Source: Thermaerobacter marianensis (GTDB taxonomy: Bacteria > Bacillota > Sulfobacillia > DVGY01). From it: a stretch of 64,000 nt of DNA. The stretch lies in contig DYGY01000003.1 of NCBI GenBank assembly GCA_020724425.1, forward strand, positions 65,233 through 129,232, written 5' to 3'. The translations under genes were made by a program, and so were the position numbers. Under the pieces are notes generated by a model. The model was not told the origin of the DNA and did no database searches. It was given only the letters and a program-made list of their open reading frames with translations. Shown here in pieces: positions 9,047-16,333 of this stretch (positions are counted from its first letter, which is position 1; every line of letters begins with the position of its first letter).

Positions 9047-9898
9047 TTGCTACAACCAGTTATCTTCCTACTAAGCTACTCTCTAGCTTTCCTGATTGCC
9101 TCTTTCCTTGAACAAGCCCTATCCCGCCTAAAGGTCTTTCCAGAGAAGCAAACCCATCTCCCTCAACACCAGGAAAAAAGATATACTCCGGCAATGGGAG
9201 GCCTAGCTTTCATCCTCCCTTTACTAATCCTTCTACCATTCATTACAACTAAGGAACCCATTCTGGCGATGCTTCTTTTTGGTTTGCTCGGCATGATTGA
9301 TGATATGAAAAAAGCCTTTAGTTCAAAAAAACGTGGACTAAAGGCACGGTTCAAGTTCATTTTTCAAATATTGATTGCAGCAATAGTAGCTGTATATTTA
9401 GAAACCCCTGTACTCTGGGGAATACTAGTCCTTCTAGCTACAGTGAATGCTGTTAACCTTACCGATGGAATTGATGGGGCAGCAGCAGGAATAGTGGTTC
9501 TAATGCTAATTGGAGCACTCCTTTTCCTACCAGGCCACCTATCAATTCTTGCAGCCCTGCTAGGAAGCCTATTAGCCTTCAAATACTTTAACCAGTATCC
9601 CGCTCGTCTCTTCATGGGAGATACCGGTTCTCTAGCCCTCGGAGGCTTTCTAGGCACACTTGCCTTACAAACAGGAACCGAAATCTATCTTCTCACCGGA
9701 GGCTTAGTACTTGTCATCGAGACTCTATCAGTAATGATGCAGGTAATATACTTTAAAATTAGCAAGGGTAGAAGACTCCTCTTGATGAGCCCCCTGCATC
9801 ATCACTTAGAACTGAAAGGCTACAAAGAAACACAGATCAATCAGCTATTCACCTTCCTGACAACCCTGGGAATATTGCTCTATCTCAATATCATTTAA
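9047..9898 (+). CDS. mraY: Phospho-N-acetylmuramoyl-pentapeptide transferase (short, orphan MraY)
   Basis: TPAMGG, GMIDD, NAVNLTDGIDG, FMGDTGS, MSPLHHHLEL; TTG start after AAGGAGG. Confidence 0.85.
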   Translation: MLQPVIFLLSYSLAFLIASFLEQALSRLKVFPEKQTHLPQHQEKRYTPAMGGLAFILPLLILLPFITTKEPILAMLLFGLLGMIDDMKKAFSSKKRGLKARFKFIFQILIAAIVAVYLETPVLWGILVLLATVNAVNLTDGIDGAAAGIVVLMLIGALLFLPGHLSILAALLGSLLAFKYFNQYPARLFMGDTGSLALGGFLGTLALQTGTEIYLLTGGLVLVIETLSVMMQVIYFKISKGRRLLLMSPLHHHLELKGYKETQINQLFTFLTTLGILLYLNII

Positions 9899-9907
9899 AC
9901 CCTATGA

Positions 9908-9932
9908 GAAAAGACTCCAGTGGAGTCTTTTC
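9908..9932. terminator. Bidirectional terminator
   Basis: GAAAAGACTCC-AGT-GGAGTCTTTTC between convergent genes. Confidence 0.75.
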
Positions 9933-9933
9933 A

Positions 9934-10137
9934 TTAGCGACTGCGATAGGTTGTGCACTGAGTCTTGTTAGAAGCTCCTGCAGAGTGATCATTAGTTACA
10001 TTAGTCATCTCATGTGAGCCTCTGTTTGCTGTTGCATGAGTCACATTAACCTCAATACCATCAGCTTCACATAAGTCTCCTCTGCCCCAGTAATAGCAGT
10101 CAGAGACCGTGCATTTGACACTAGTCAAAGCAATCAC
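9934..10137 (-). CDS. DUF1540-like small Cys-containing protein
   Basis: VKCTVSDCYYW...CEADGIEV...TQCTTY pattern; RBS GGAGG. Confidence 0.75.
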   Translation of the reverse strand: MIALTSVKCTVSDCYYWGRGDLCEADGIEVNVTHATANRGSHEMTNVTNDHSAGASNKTQCTTYRSR

Positions 10138-10147
10138 CTCCGCTTGT

Positions 10148-10177
10148 TAGCCTGCATCAAATTAAGATAAATCATAC
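10148..10177 (-). promoter_or_regulatory. SigG-like promoter of DUF1540 gene
   Basis: GTATG-N18-CAGGCTA. Confidence 0.45.
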
Positions 10178-10662
10178 TTGAAACGACGCAAAGCATAAAG
10201 CAAAGGTATAGCTAAAGCAATACTAACAGATCCCTGAATCACATTGGCAGGAGTATCAATTAAAGCTACAGCCCAACCATAAAAATATGCAGCTGCAAAA
10301 AAGTAGCCTACAGCCATCCAGCTAGCACCTGCTACCATGGCCAAGACAACATTTAGAGAAACCTTCCTGCTCCGAAATGCCTTGCTACCAAGAAACCCTA
10401 CAATAGCTCCCTCTAGACCTTTAATCACAAAAGTCCAAGGAGCCCACATGGCATAGCCTGCCTGTAAATCAGCTAAAGCTGAACCCAAGCCACCAGCTAA
10501 AAAACCAACCTTTGGTCCAAAAAGCAAAGCCGAAACAAAAATCATCACATCACCAACATTAACATAACCCTGAGTAGCAGATAAAGGAATACGAATTACT
10601 AGTGTAGCTAATGCAACAAGACCAATCAATAGTGCAGTTACCGTTAATTGCCTAACCTTCAT
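10162..10662 (-). CDS. ECF transporter S component, HmpT/PdxU2-like (COG4720)
   Basis: IRIP...GYVNVGD...ALLFGP..G..AGGLGSALADL..GY..WAPWTFVIKGLEG; start refined to ATG 10662 (the upstream in-frame part overlaps the terminator). Confidence 0.88.
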   Translation of the reverse strand: MKVRQLTVTALLIGLVALATLVIRIPLSATQGYVNVGDVMIFVSALLFGPKVGFLAGGLGSALADLQAGYAMWAPWTFVIKGLEGAIVGFLGSKAFRSRKVSLNVVLAMVAGASWMAVGYFFAAAYFYGWAVALIDTPANVIQGSVSIALAIPLLYALRRFKYDLS

Positions 10663-10676
10663 AAGCATCATCTCCC

Positions 10677-10710
10677 AAAAAAAAATACCCCGGTCCAACC
10701 GGGGCTATTT
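10677..10710 (-). terminator. Riboswitch expression-platform terminator
   Basis: Minus strand CCCCGGT-TGG-ACCGGGG followed by TA-T9. Confidence 0.85.
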
Positions 10711-10751
10711 GGAGATAGCAAAATACGACTGCCATTAAGCAGCCATATTTA

Positions 10752-10883
10752 CCCTTCTCCCATTCAGACTATACTGTCGGTACCGGATTCTCACCGGCTC
10801 AACCGCTGGGGCTGATGGACTCGTCCTTACAAGGCATCACCACCGGTCAGGAATTGGCTTACGCCTCACCTTGCCCCGAAGGG
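10752..10883 (-). ncRNA. FMN (RFN) riboswitch aptamer, variant
   Basis: CCCUUCGGGGCAAGGUGA..AAUUCCUGACCGGUGG..AGUCCA..GAGCCGGUGAGAAUCCGGUACCGACAGUAUAGUCUGAAUGGGAGAAGGG: all RFN stems and both T-loops present. Confidence 0.92.
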
Positions 10884-10922
10884 AAATATTCCTTTATCAA
10901 TATACATTATACATCCTCAAAA

Positions 10923-11915
10923 TTACTCTAGACAATGTCTTTTTATCAGTCTAGCTACCATCTCCGGACTAATCACATTAATGTTAATACCTGTACTTAA
11001 CTCAAACCCTGCAGCAGCACCAAGTCTTGGATATATCTCCATATGCCAGTGGAAATCATCCTCATCTCTAGGACTAGTGTGAATAAAATAGTTGTATGGG
11101 GGACTATCCAAAACCTTAGCCATCATCGATAGAGTTTTTCCTAGAACATTAGCTAAATCCTCTGTTTCCTCAAAAGACAGATCAAAACGTTCTTTATGAG
11201 AATGTGGTACAATCCACATTTCATAAGGAATGAAAGAAGCAAAAGGAGCAAAAACCGAAAAATGCTCTCCCTCATAAATAAGTCTCTCTGATTCCTGTTC
11301 CGCTCCTAAAACATCACAATACACGCAGCGACCGGTTTTTCTTAGATATCTATTGTAACCATCAATCTCAGCCATGATGACCGGAGGCCTTTGATTCATC
11401 GCAATAATCTGTGAATGGGGATGAAGCAAAGAAGCCCCTGCTTCCGATTGATCATTATGAAAAATACTTACATACTGAATCCCTGGTCTCTGGCTTAATG
11501 CCTGATATCTCTCTAGATACAGCAATAGAAGCTTCCTTAGCTGCTCATTAGACATCTGTTCTGGACCACTCCAGTGTTCTCTAGTTTCCACAATAACCTC
11601 ATGATGTCCCCAGCCAGGCAATCGTTTAAACAAATCCCTATGTTCTCCTAGCACTACCTCTTTTGGCTTGCTAGTTAAAGCAGGATACTTATTAGGAATT
11701 ACCCTAAGTTCCCAATCCCCTCTCTTAGGAATCCTTAAAATCTCCTCTGGAGTATAATGCTCATGACCCGGACAAAAGGGACAATTATCAATATCTCCCA
11801 AATATTTATCTTTCTTCTGCCCTTTAGAATAGGAGAACTCTTTAGGCCTATTTAATCTTTCTGAAGCAACAATGACCCACCGCCCAGTAACGGGGTCCTG
11901 CCTCCACTCCGACAC
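10923..11915 (-). CDS. galT: Galactose-1-phosphate uridylyltransferase family
   Basis: RQDPVTGRWV, CPFCPG, NKYPAL, HEVIVE, GASLLHPHSQ, AGFEL. Confidence 0.9.
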   Translation of the reverse strand: MSEWRQDPVTGRWVIVASERLNRPKEFSYSKGQKKDKYLGDIDNCPFCPGHEHYTPEEILRIPKRGDWELRVIPNKYPALTSKPKEVVLGEHRDLFKRLPGWGHHEVIVETREHWSGPEQMSNEQLRKLLLLYLERYQALSQRPGIQYVSIFHNDQSEAGASLLHPHSQIIAMNQRPPVIMAEIDGYNRYLRKTGRCVYCDVLGAEQESERLIYEGEHFSVFAPFASFIPYEMWIVPHSHKERFDLSFEETEDLANVLGKTLSMMAKVLDSPPYNYFIHTSPRDEDDFHWHMEIYPRLGAAAGFELSTGININVISPEMVARLIKRHCLE

Positions 11916-11931
11916 CCAAAACAGCTCCTTC

Positions 11932-12756
11932 CTAATGCACCATATCTAACATGGAAAGACCAGCAAAAAAGACATCCAGATAATTATCTGACCGCCAGGA
12001 TACTGTGTAAGCATCTACCAGAACAGACCCAGGAAAAACACTAGCCTTTTCTGCAAGACCAGTCTGGTTGAATACCAATTCCAGCTCTACCGGATTTTCG
12101 ATCATCATAAGCCCTAATTCTCCATTGATTAGTTTCTCAACCGCCTTTTTAGCTCCCGTCTCTATCAAATTATAACTAATCGAAGGATGTAACAGATTAC
12201 CCACCTGTTTCCCGATAGCATCCTTCACAACCACAGTCTCCACTCCAGGTAATATATCCTTGGCTTCCTGACAGACAATATTATCCCCAGTAACTAGTCC
12301 TACAGGAACACCAAAACTAGCAGCTACCAATGCATTAACTCCCGTCTCACCATAAGCAACTCCATTAATCTTAAAATCTTTAACTTTACCAGAATAGGTA
12401 TGATTCAATATACCAAAACTTCCTGCTTTAGCGTGATAGCCAATGAATAGAGCTAATGCTGCTCCCTTAACACCCTCCATCATGCTCATCTTCTTAGCAC
12501 TACCACTTATTAATCTAGACCGACTATCAAGTTTCTCAATAAGGATATTCCTCATATCCGCATGAGAATCATTAACTAGTACCTCAGTTGCTCCCCCCGC
12601 AAAAACACCTCTAATAGCTGCATTAACCTCTTGGGTCATAACCTCCTGAAATCTCTCATACTCTCTGCCTTCTTTAGAGTTAACCTGAGAGCCCTCAACA
12701 ACACCACTAACACCTTCCATATCTGCGGAAATATATACACGCAAATCAATCACCAC
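11932..12756 (-). CDS. dppA: D-aminopeptidase, M55 family
   Basis: YISADMEG, NDSH, IGYHA, LNHT, GETG, VTGD. Confidence 0.9.
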   Translation of the reverse strand: MVIDLRVYISADMEGVSGVVEGSQVNSKEGREYERFQEVMTQEVNAAIRGVFAGGATEVLVNDSHADMRNILIEKLDSRSRLISGSAKKMSMMEGVKGAALALFIGYHAKAGSFGILNHTYSGKVKDFKINGVAYGETGVNALVAASFGVPVGLVTGDNIVCQEAKDILPGVETVVVKDAIGKQVGNLLHPSISYNLIETGAKKAVEKLINGELGLMMIENPVELELVFNQTGLAEKASVFPGSVLVDAYTVSWRSDNYLDVFFAGLSMLDMVH

Positions 12757-12830
12757 CTTTTTTATTATTTTTCTCTATAATCCGAAAATTACCTACATGT
12801 TTTTGGATATACCCGGGTATAACTAACAGT

Positions 12831-12895
12831 GCAACGGTGAGAAGAATGGTTTCGCCTTTACTGATACTCGTTGGCGAGCGAGCACCGTTGCTTTT
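12831..12895 (+). other. Intergenic stem-loop, possible small RNA
   Basis: GCAACGGTG...CACCGTTGC-TTTT with inner TCGCC/GGCGA pairing; forespore-like -10 GGTATAACTA just upstream. Confidence 0.35.
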
Positions 12896-12897
12896 AT

Positions 12898-12926
12898 GTA
12901 TAAATTCTTTTTTAATGGAAACATTA
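12898..12926 (+). promoter_or_regulatory. SigF/SigG-like promoter of DUF3243 gene
   Basis: GTATA-N14-GGAAACATTA. Confidence 0.5.
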
Positions 12927-12956
12927 TTGGTAGATATGAATAAGGAGGTCATTTTA

Positions 12957-13208
12957 GTGGGTCTAACCAATACCTTTGATCAATTTACAGACCAATTGGC
13001 AACAGCTATGAAAACAGCTCAGCACATGGGCATGTCACAACAGGATATCGTTGCTAATGCAGAACGCGTTGGTGACTGGCTGGCTCAAGAAGTCTCTCCA
13101 CAAAGCCCTGAACAACGCCTTCTAAAAGAAATGTGGAACGCCAGCAACAATCAAGAACAACAGACCATTGCCGGCGTCTTAGTTAAAATGGTTCAACAGC
13201 ATCACTAG
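12957..13208 (+). CDS. DUF3243 / YmfJ-like protein
   Basis: GMSQQDI...AERVGDWLA..V.PQSPEQRLLKEMW; GTG start after TAAGGAGG. Confidence 0.88.
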   Translation: MGLTNTFDQFTDQLATAMKTAQHMGMSQQDIVANAERVGDWLAQEVSPQSPEQRLLKEMWNASNNQEQQTIAGVLVKMVQQHH

Positions 13209-13257
13209 ACAATTTTACGAGTTGGGCATACCCCAAAGTGCCCCTCTCTCCCAACAA

Positions 13258-13286
13258 AGACTCCTCCTCCAAGCCGGGAGGAGTCT
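13258..13286. terminator. Hairpin between convergent genes
   Basis: AGACTCCTCCT-N7-GGGAGGAGTCT. Confidence 0.65.
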
Positions 13287-13292
13287 CCTATT

Positions 13293-13703
13293 TTAATCCC
13301 AATTCTTATTGTACTTCACCTCGGAAGGATCATAAAAAACAAATTTATTCAAGAACATACTAATCTGTCTCTCATAATCTCTCACTGGCGCTTCATCCTT
13401 TGCCTTGCTCCAGGAACTTACAGTTGTAATAAAGTTTCCTTCCCGATAAAGAGCTAAAGCAGGCAAATATTCCACATCAAAAGTAGAATAGACCTTTCTC
13501 TCAGCCTCATACCCCTCAAAGATATCTGCATATTCAGCCACATCAACCTCAACCACTTTTAATTCATTATGTTCCTTAGTAACATTCATTACCGCCTCGG
13601 TCCAGTTCTTAAAGGCTCGCTCTTTAGACCGCAAATTAACTAGTACAGGCTTATCTGCTTCAAGGACCTCTTTTTCAAACTCTTCTCTGCTAATCTTTTT
13701 CAT
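13293..13703 (-). CDS. Thioredoxin-fold protein without cysteines
   Basis: EEFEKEVLEADKPVLV, KVVEVDV, FDVEYLPALALYREG are Trx-like; no CxxC. The ORF-track extension to 13739 lies inside the inserted element. Confidence 0.7.
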   Translation of the reverse strand: MKKISREEFEKEVLEADKPVLVNLRSKERAFKNWTEAVMNVTKEHNELKVVEVDVAEYADIFEGYEAERKVYSTFDVEYLPALALYREGNFITTVSSWSKAKDEAPVRDYERQISMFLNKFVFYDPSEVKYNKNWD

Positions 13704-13990
13704 AATACTTGTGGCGTGGATACCCGTGACTTCAGTCATGGGAGGAACGCCATCCTCCTTTTTTAGTATGATTGCTAGTTTTTTTGTAATACTTAAAATC
13801 TTGTCGGCAAACTATTCTAGAAAACTAGCAAAACTAGTAATTTTCTTTTCGCCAATGTTATCCAACAGTTTTTTGTTGACAGCACTGTTCCTACCCCTCA
13901 GAACTGTTTAACCATCAACCGCAGTGCTAGGCTAGTCAATCAGAACTTGTGTCTAGGTCAAGCCATCGACTTTAGTCGTGGGTAATTGAC
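13704..13990 (-). mobile_element. Non-autonomous IS200/IS605 (IscB-type) omegaRNA mini-element, internally deleted copy
   Basis: Begins GTCAATTACCCACGACTAAAGTCG, ends CCCATGACTGAAGTCACGGG...AAGTATT next to ATGAA; colinear with 41548-41904 but lacks 63-nt and 7-nt segments. Confidence 0.85.
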
Positions 13991-14077
13991 ATTCAGTTCT
14001 GGTTTAAAACCAGTAGCACCTCCAAACAAAAAGTTTCTCAAACTACTAATACTTTATCATTCCTGCAGGAATAGGAA

Positions 14078-14108
14078 AAGACCCTGTTCCTACTTGGAAC
14101 AGGGTCTT
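14078..14108 (-). terminator. Intrinsic terminator
   Basis: AAGACCCTGTTCC-N5-GGAACAGGGTCTT with T-tract on the minus strand. Confidence 0.75.
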
Positions 14109-14120
14109 CTGGTAGTTTTC

Positions 14121-14543
14121 CTAGAACTGAGCAGTAATGTTACCACGGACAGCAGAAGTGACCTGCTGGAATGTCTGGCTTAAATGAGAACTCAGTTCAT
14201 GAATTCTTTGCATATGCTGCTGCTGCTGAGCGACCGGTACAGCACCTTGTTTTAGATCCCAAGTCAAACGGGCAATCTCATTAAAGGCACCCTTACTTGC
14301 TTCAACAAGCCTATCTACCTGCTGTACCTGCATCTGACTCTGAATTGGCTGAGCTGCTACACCAATAGGTTGCTGCCACTGGGCATACTGAGTATAGGGT
14401 TGATAAGCCTGCTGACCATACTGACCGGCAAACTGACCTACGTGTGCTCCTGTCTGCTGCAAGAAACTGCTAACTGGACCCTGAGTCTGGCCAAACTGAC
14501 CATAGTTCTGCTGTTGTCCATATTGAGTATATGGCATCAACAT
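14121..14543 (-). CDS. Gln/Tyr/Gly-rich hypothetical protein, likely sporulation-associated
   Basis: RBS AAGGAGG, own terminator, CATAATA -10-like element upstream; YGQ/FGQ repeats. Confidence 0.75.
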   Translation of the reverse strand: MLMPYTQYGQQQNYGQFGQTQGPVSSFLQQTGAHVGQFAGQYGQQAYQPYTQYAQWQQPIGVAAQPIQSQMQVQQVDRLVEASKGAFNEIARLTWDLKQGAVPVAQQQQHMQRIHELSSHLSQTFQQVTSAVRGNITAQF

Positions 14544-14623
14544 GGCACCTCCTTAAGGAATTTTTATTGCACGACAATATTTTCTCCTTAAGAAGCCCTA
14601 TTATGTTTAGAAAAAAATTCTAA

Positions 14624-14968
14624 TTATCTGGAATACTTAAAAACTCTAACATCCTCAATAGTTACTAATCCTTCCCTAACAACCTCATTAACAAAAGGCA
14701 GAAACATCTCAATATATTCCTTGCTATCAATAATCTCTACCACTATGGGAAGATCAGTTGAGAGATCAAGAAGCCTTGCAGTATGAATCCGGCTATTAGC
14801 TCCAAAACCCTCAATACATCGATAAACAGTAGCTCCGGCCATTCCCATCTCCTTTGCCTTAACCACAAGCACATGATACAAAGGTTCACTATTTAAGCGA
14901 TCTCTTTCACCAACATAAATCGTTAATCTTTGTGTTGGCTGACCAATCCTCGGTTCCACTGACCTCAA
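14624..14968 (-). CDS. DUF190 (PII-like) protein
   Basis: LTIYVGERD, GMAGATVYR.IEGFG, LSTDLPIVVEIID; coupled to crcB. Confidence 0.9.
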   Translation of the reverse strand: MRSVEPRIGQPTQRLTIYVGERDRLNSEPLYHVLVVKAKEMGMAGATVYRCIEGFGANSRIHTARLLDLSTDLPIVVEIIDSKEYIEMFLPFVNEVVREGLVTIEDVRVFKYSR

Positions 14969-15357
14969 CCTCCCTTAACCAGATTAACCAAGCCTCTGCC
15001 AGCTAATACTGCCAAAACACCAAAAACAACTGATAACCCTACATTAGCACTAAAGAGCTTCCAGTTGCCCTCTCTCAACAACAATACATTTTCCAAACTA
15101 AAAGTCGAAAATGTAGTAAAAGAACCTAAAAATCCTACCATGCCAAATAGTCTCAAATCCGAAGGTACAATAGATTGCTCAAAGGCCAAACTATATGCAA
15201 TCCCGATTAAAAAAGCCCCTGACATATTAACCACAAAGGTACCTAAAGGAAAACCTGTACTAAAAAGAGCCTGAAACCAATTGGAAAGAACATATCGGAA
15301 CAATGCTCCAAGAGCTCCACCAGCTGCAATATAGAAATATATTATGTACTTATCCAC
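14965..15357 (-). CDS. crcB: Fluoride efflux channel Fluc/CrcB
   Basis: GGALGALFRY, FPLGTFVVN, GFLGSFTTFSTF. Confidence 0.95.
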   Translation of the reverse strand: MDKYIIYFYIAAGGALGALFRYVLSNWFQALFSTGFPLGTFVVNMSGAFLIGIAYSLAFEQSIVPSDLRLFGMVGFLGSFTTFSTFSLENVLLLREGNWKLFSANVGLSVVFGVLAVLAGRGLVNLVKGG

Positions 15358-15452
15358 ATGAACATCTCCTAATATTGGATTGTCGCCTCTGCAAAAACAT
15401 CGCTCTTTAGAAGAATAATAGATATAATAGAAAGCAGAGAGGAGGTCCTTTT

Positions 15453-16022
15453 ATGTCACAAGCTCGTCTCTTGATTGATTTAGATGGTACCACAGTTGAC
15501 ATGATGAAAAAATGGCTCAACCTATACAATAAAGATTATAACGACAGCCTTACTGTTAATGATATCAAAGACTGGGATACACATAAATGGGTTAAGAAAG
15601 AATGTGGCAAGAAGATTTATCACTATCTCTCAAGACCTGGTTTTTTTAGAGACTTAGAACCATACCCCCATGCCATTGATGTCTTACGTCGCTTAAGCAA
15701 AGACTTTGATGTTGTTATCGTCACTGCCAGCCCACGAATCGGGCATAGTGATAAGACCCTCTGGGTTCGCAATAATCTTCCTTTTATACCAAGACGTAAT
15801 ATTATCTTTGCCCATCGAAAAGACCTTGTTCGCGGTGATCTCCTATTTGATGATTCACCAGATAACCTAGATGCCTTTCCCGGCATAACTGTAGCCTTAA
15901 GGCATGAATATAATAAGCATATTAACTCTCACCTTGTTGATTCCTGGTTAGAATTTGAAGATTTTGTATTAACACTCTTCACAAAAAAACAAAAATCATT
16001 GGACAAATTAGAGAAAATATGA
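15453..16022 (+). CDS. 5'(3')-deoxyribonucleotidase (HAD, NT5C family)
   Basis: IDLDGT, PGFFRDLEP, IVTA, K..W....PF, LFDDSP.NL. Confidence 0.9.
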   Translation: MSQARLLIDLDGTTVDMMKKWLNLYNKDYNDSLTVNDIKDWDTHKWVKKECGKKIYHYLSRPGFFRDLEPYPHAIDVLRRLSKDFDVVIVTASPRIGHSDKTLWVRNNLPFIPRRNIIFAHRKDLVRGDLLFDDSPDNLDAFPGITVALRHEYNKHINSHLVDSWLEFEDFVLTLFTKKQKSLDKLEKI

Positions 16023-16073
16023 TAACCTTAGGACTGTCCCAATATTTTTCAAAAAGAAAAGAGGTATTTCAGT

Positions 16074-16274
16074 TTGTTAGGAACAGTTAAATGGTTCAAC
16101 GCAGAAAAAGGCTATGGGTTTATTACTAGAGAAGATGGCGAAGGTGACGTTTTTGTTCACTTCTCCGCAATCTTAGGTGACGGTTTCAGAACTCTTGAAG
16201 AAGGTCAGAAAGTTACTTTCGAAGTTGTTGATGGAGACAAAGGACCACAGGCACAGAACGTAGAGAAGGCTTAA
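16074..16274 (+). CDS. Cold-shock protein
   Basis: [29 protein letters not shown]. Confidence 0.97.
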   Translation: MLGTVKWFNAEKGYGFITREDGEGDVFVHFSAILGDGFRTLEEGQKVTFEVVDGDKGPQAQNVEKA

Positions 16275-16302
16275 TCTTTCAAAGATAAGACTTTAAGGGA
16301 CC

Positions 16303-16330
16303 AAAAAGGCGCCGTAATGGCGCCTTTTTT
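16303..16330. terminator. Bidirectional intrinsic terminator
   Basis: AAAAAGGCGCC-GTAAT-GGCGCCTTTTTT. Confidence 0.9.
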
Positions 16331-16333
16331 ACT

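Noticed and set aside
13221-13255. C-rich hairpin downstream of the DUF3243 gene as an sRNA
   Set aside because: Short stem, no promoter; most simply a 3' UTR structure
13991-13994. GAAT shared 5' of both mini-elements as part of the element
   Set aside because: Excluding it restores a stop codon at 41545-41547/41905-41908 and canonical ends begin GTCAA; left as unexplained possible site preference
13991-14021. Selenocysteine read-through at TGA upstream of the Trx-like gene
   Set aside because: The TGA is out of frame with the gene in the reconstructed empty site and no SECIS is evident
13711-14183. ORFs 13711-13911 and 13986-14183 as a transposase or IscB
   Set aside because: Antisense or edge readings of the mini-element; no HUH, PLMP, RuvC or HNH motifs
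15358-15452. Fluoride riboswitch upstream of crcB
   Set aside because: Only GCGATG is present; the GGCGATG..CGCC stem and TGATGAC..CTA pseudoknot motifs are missing
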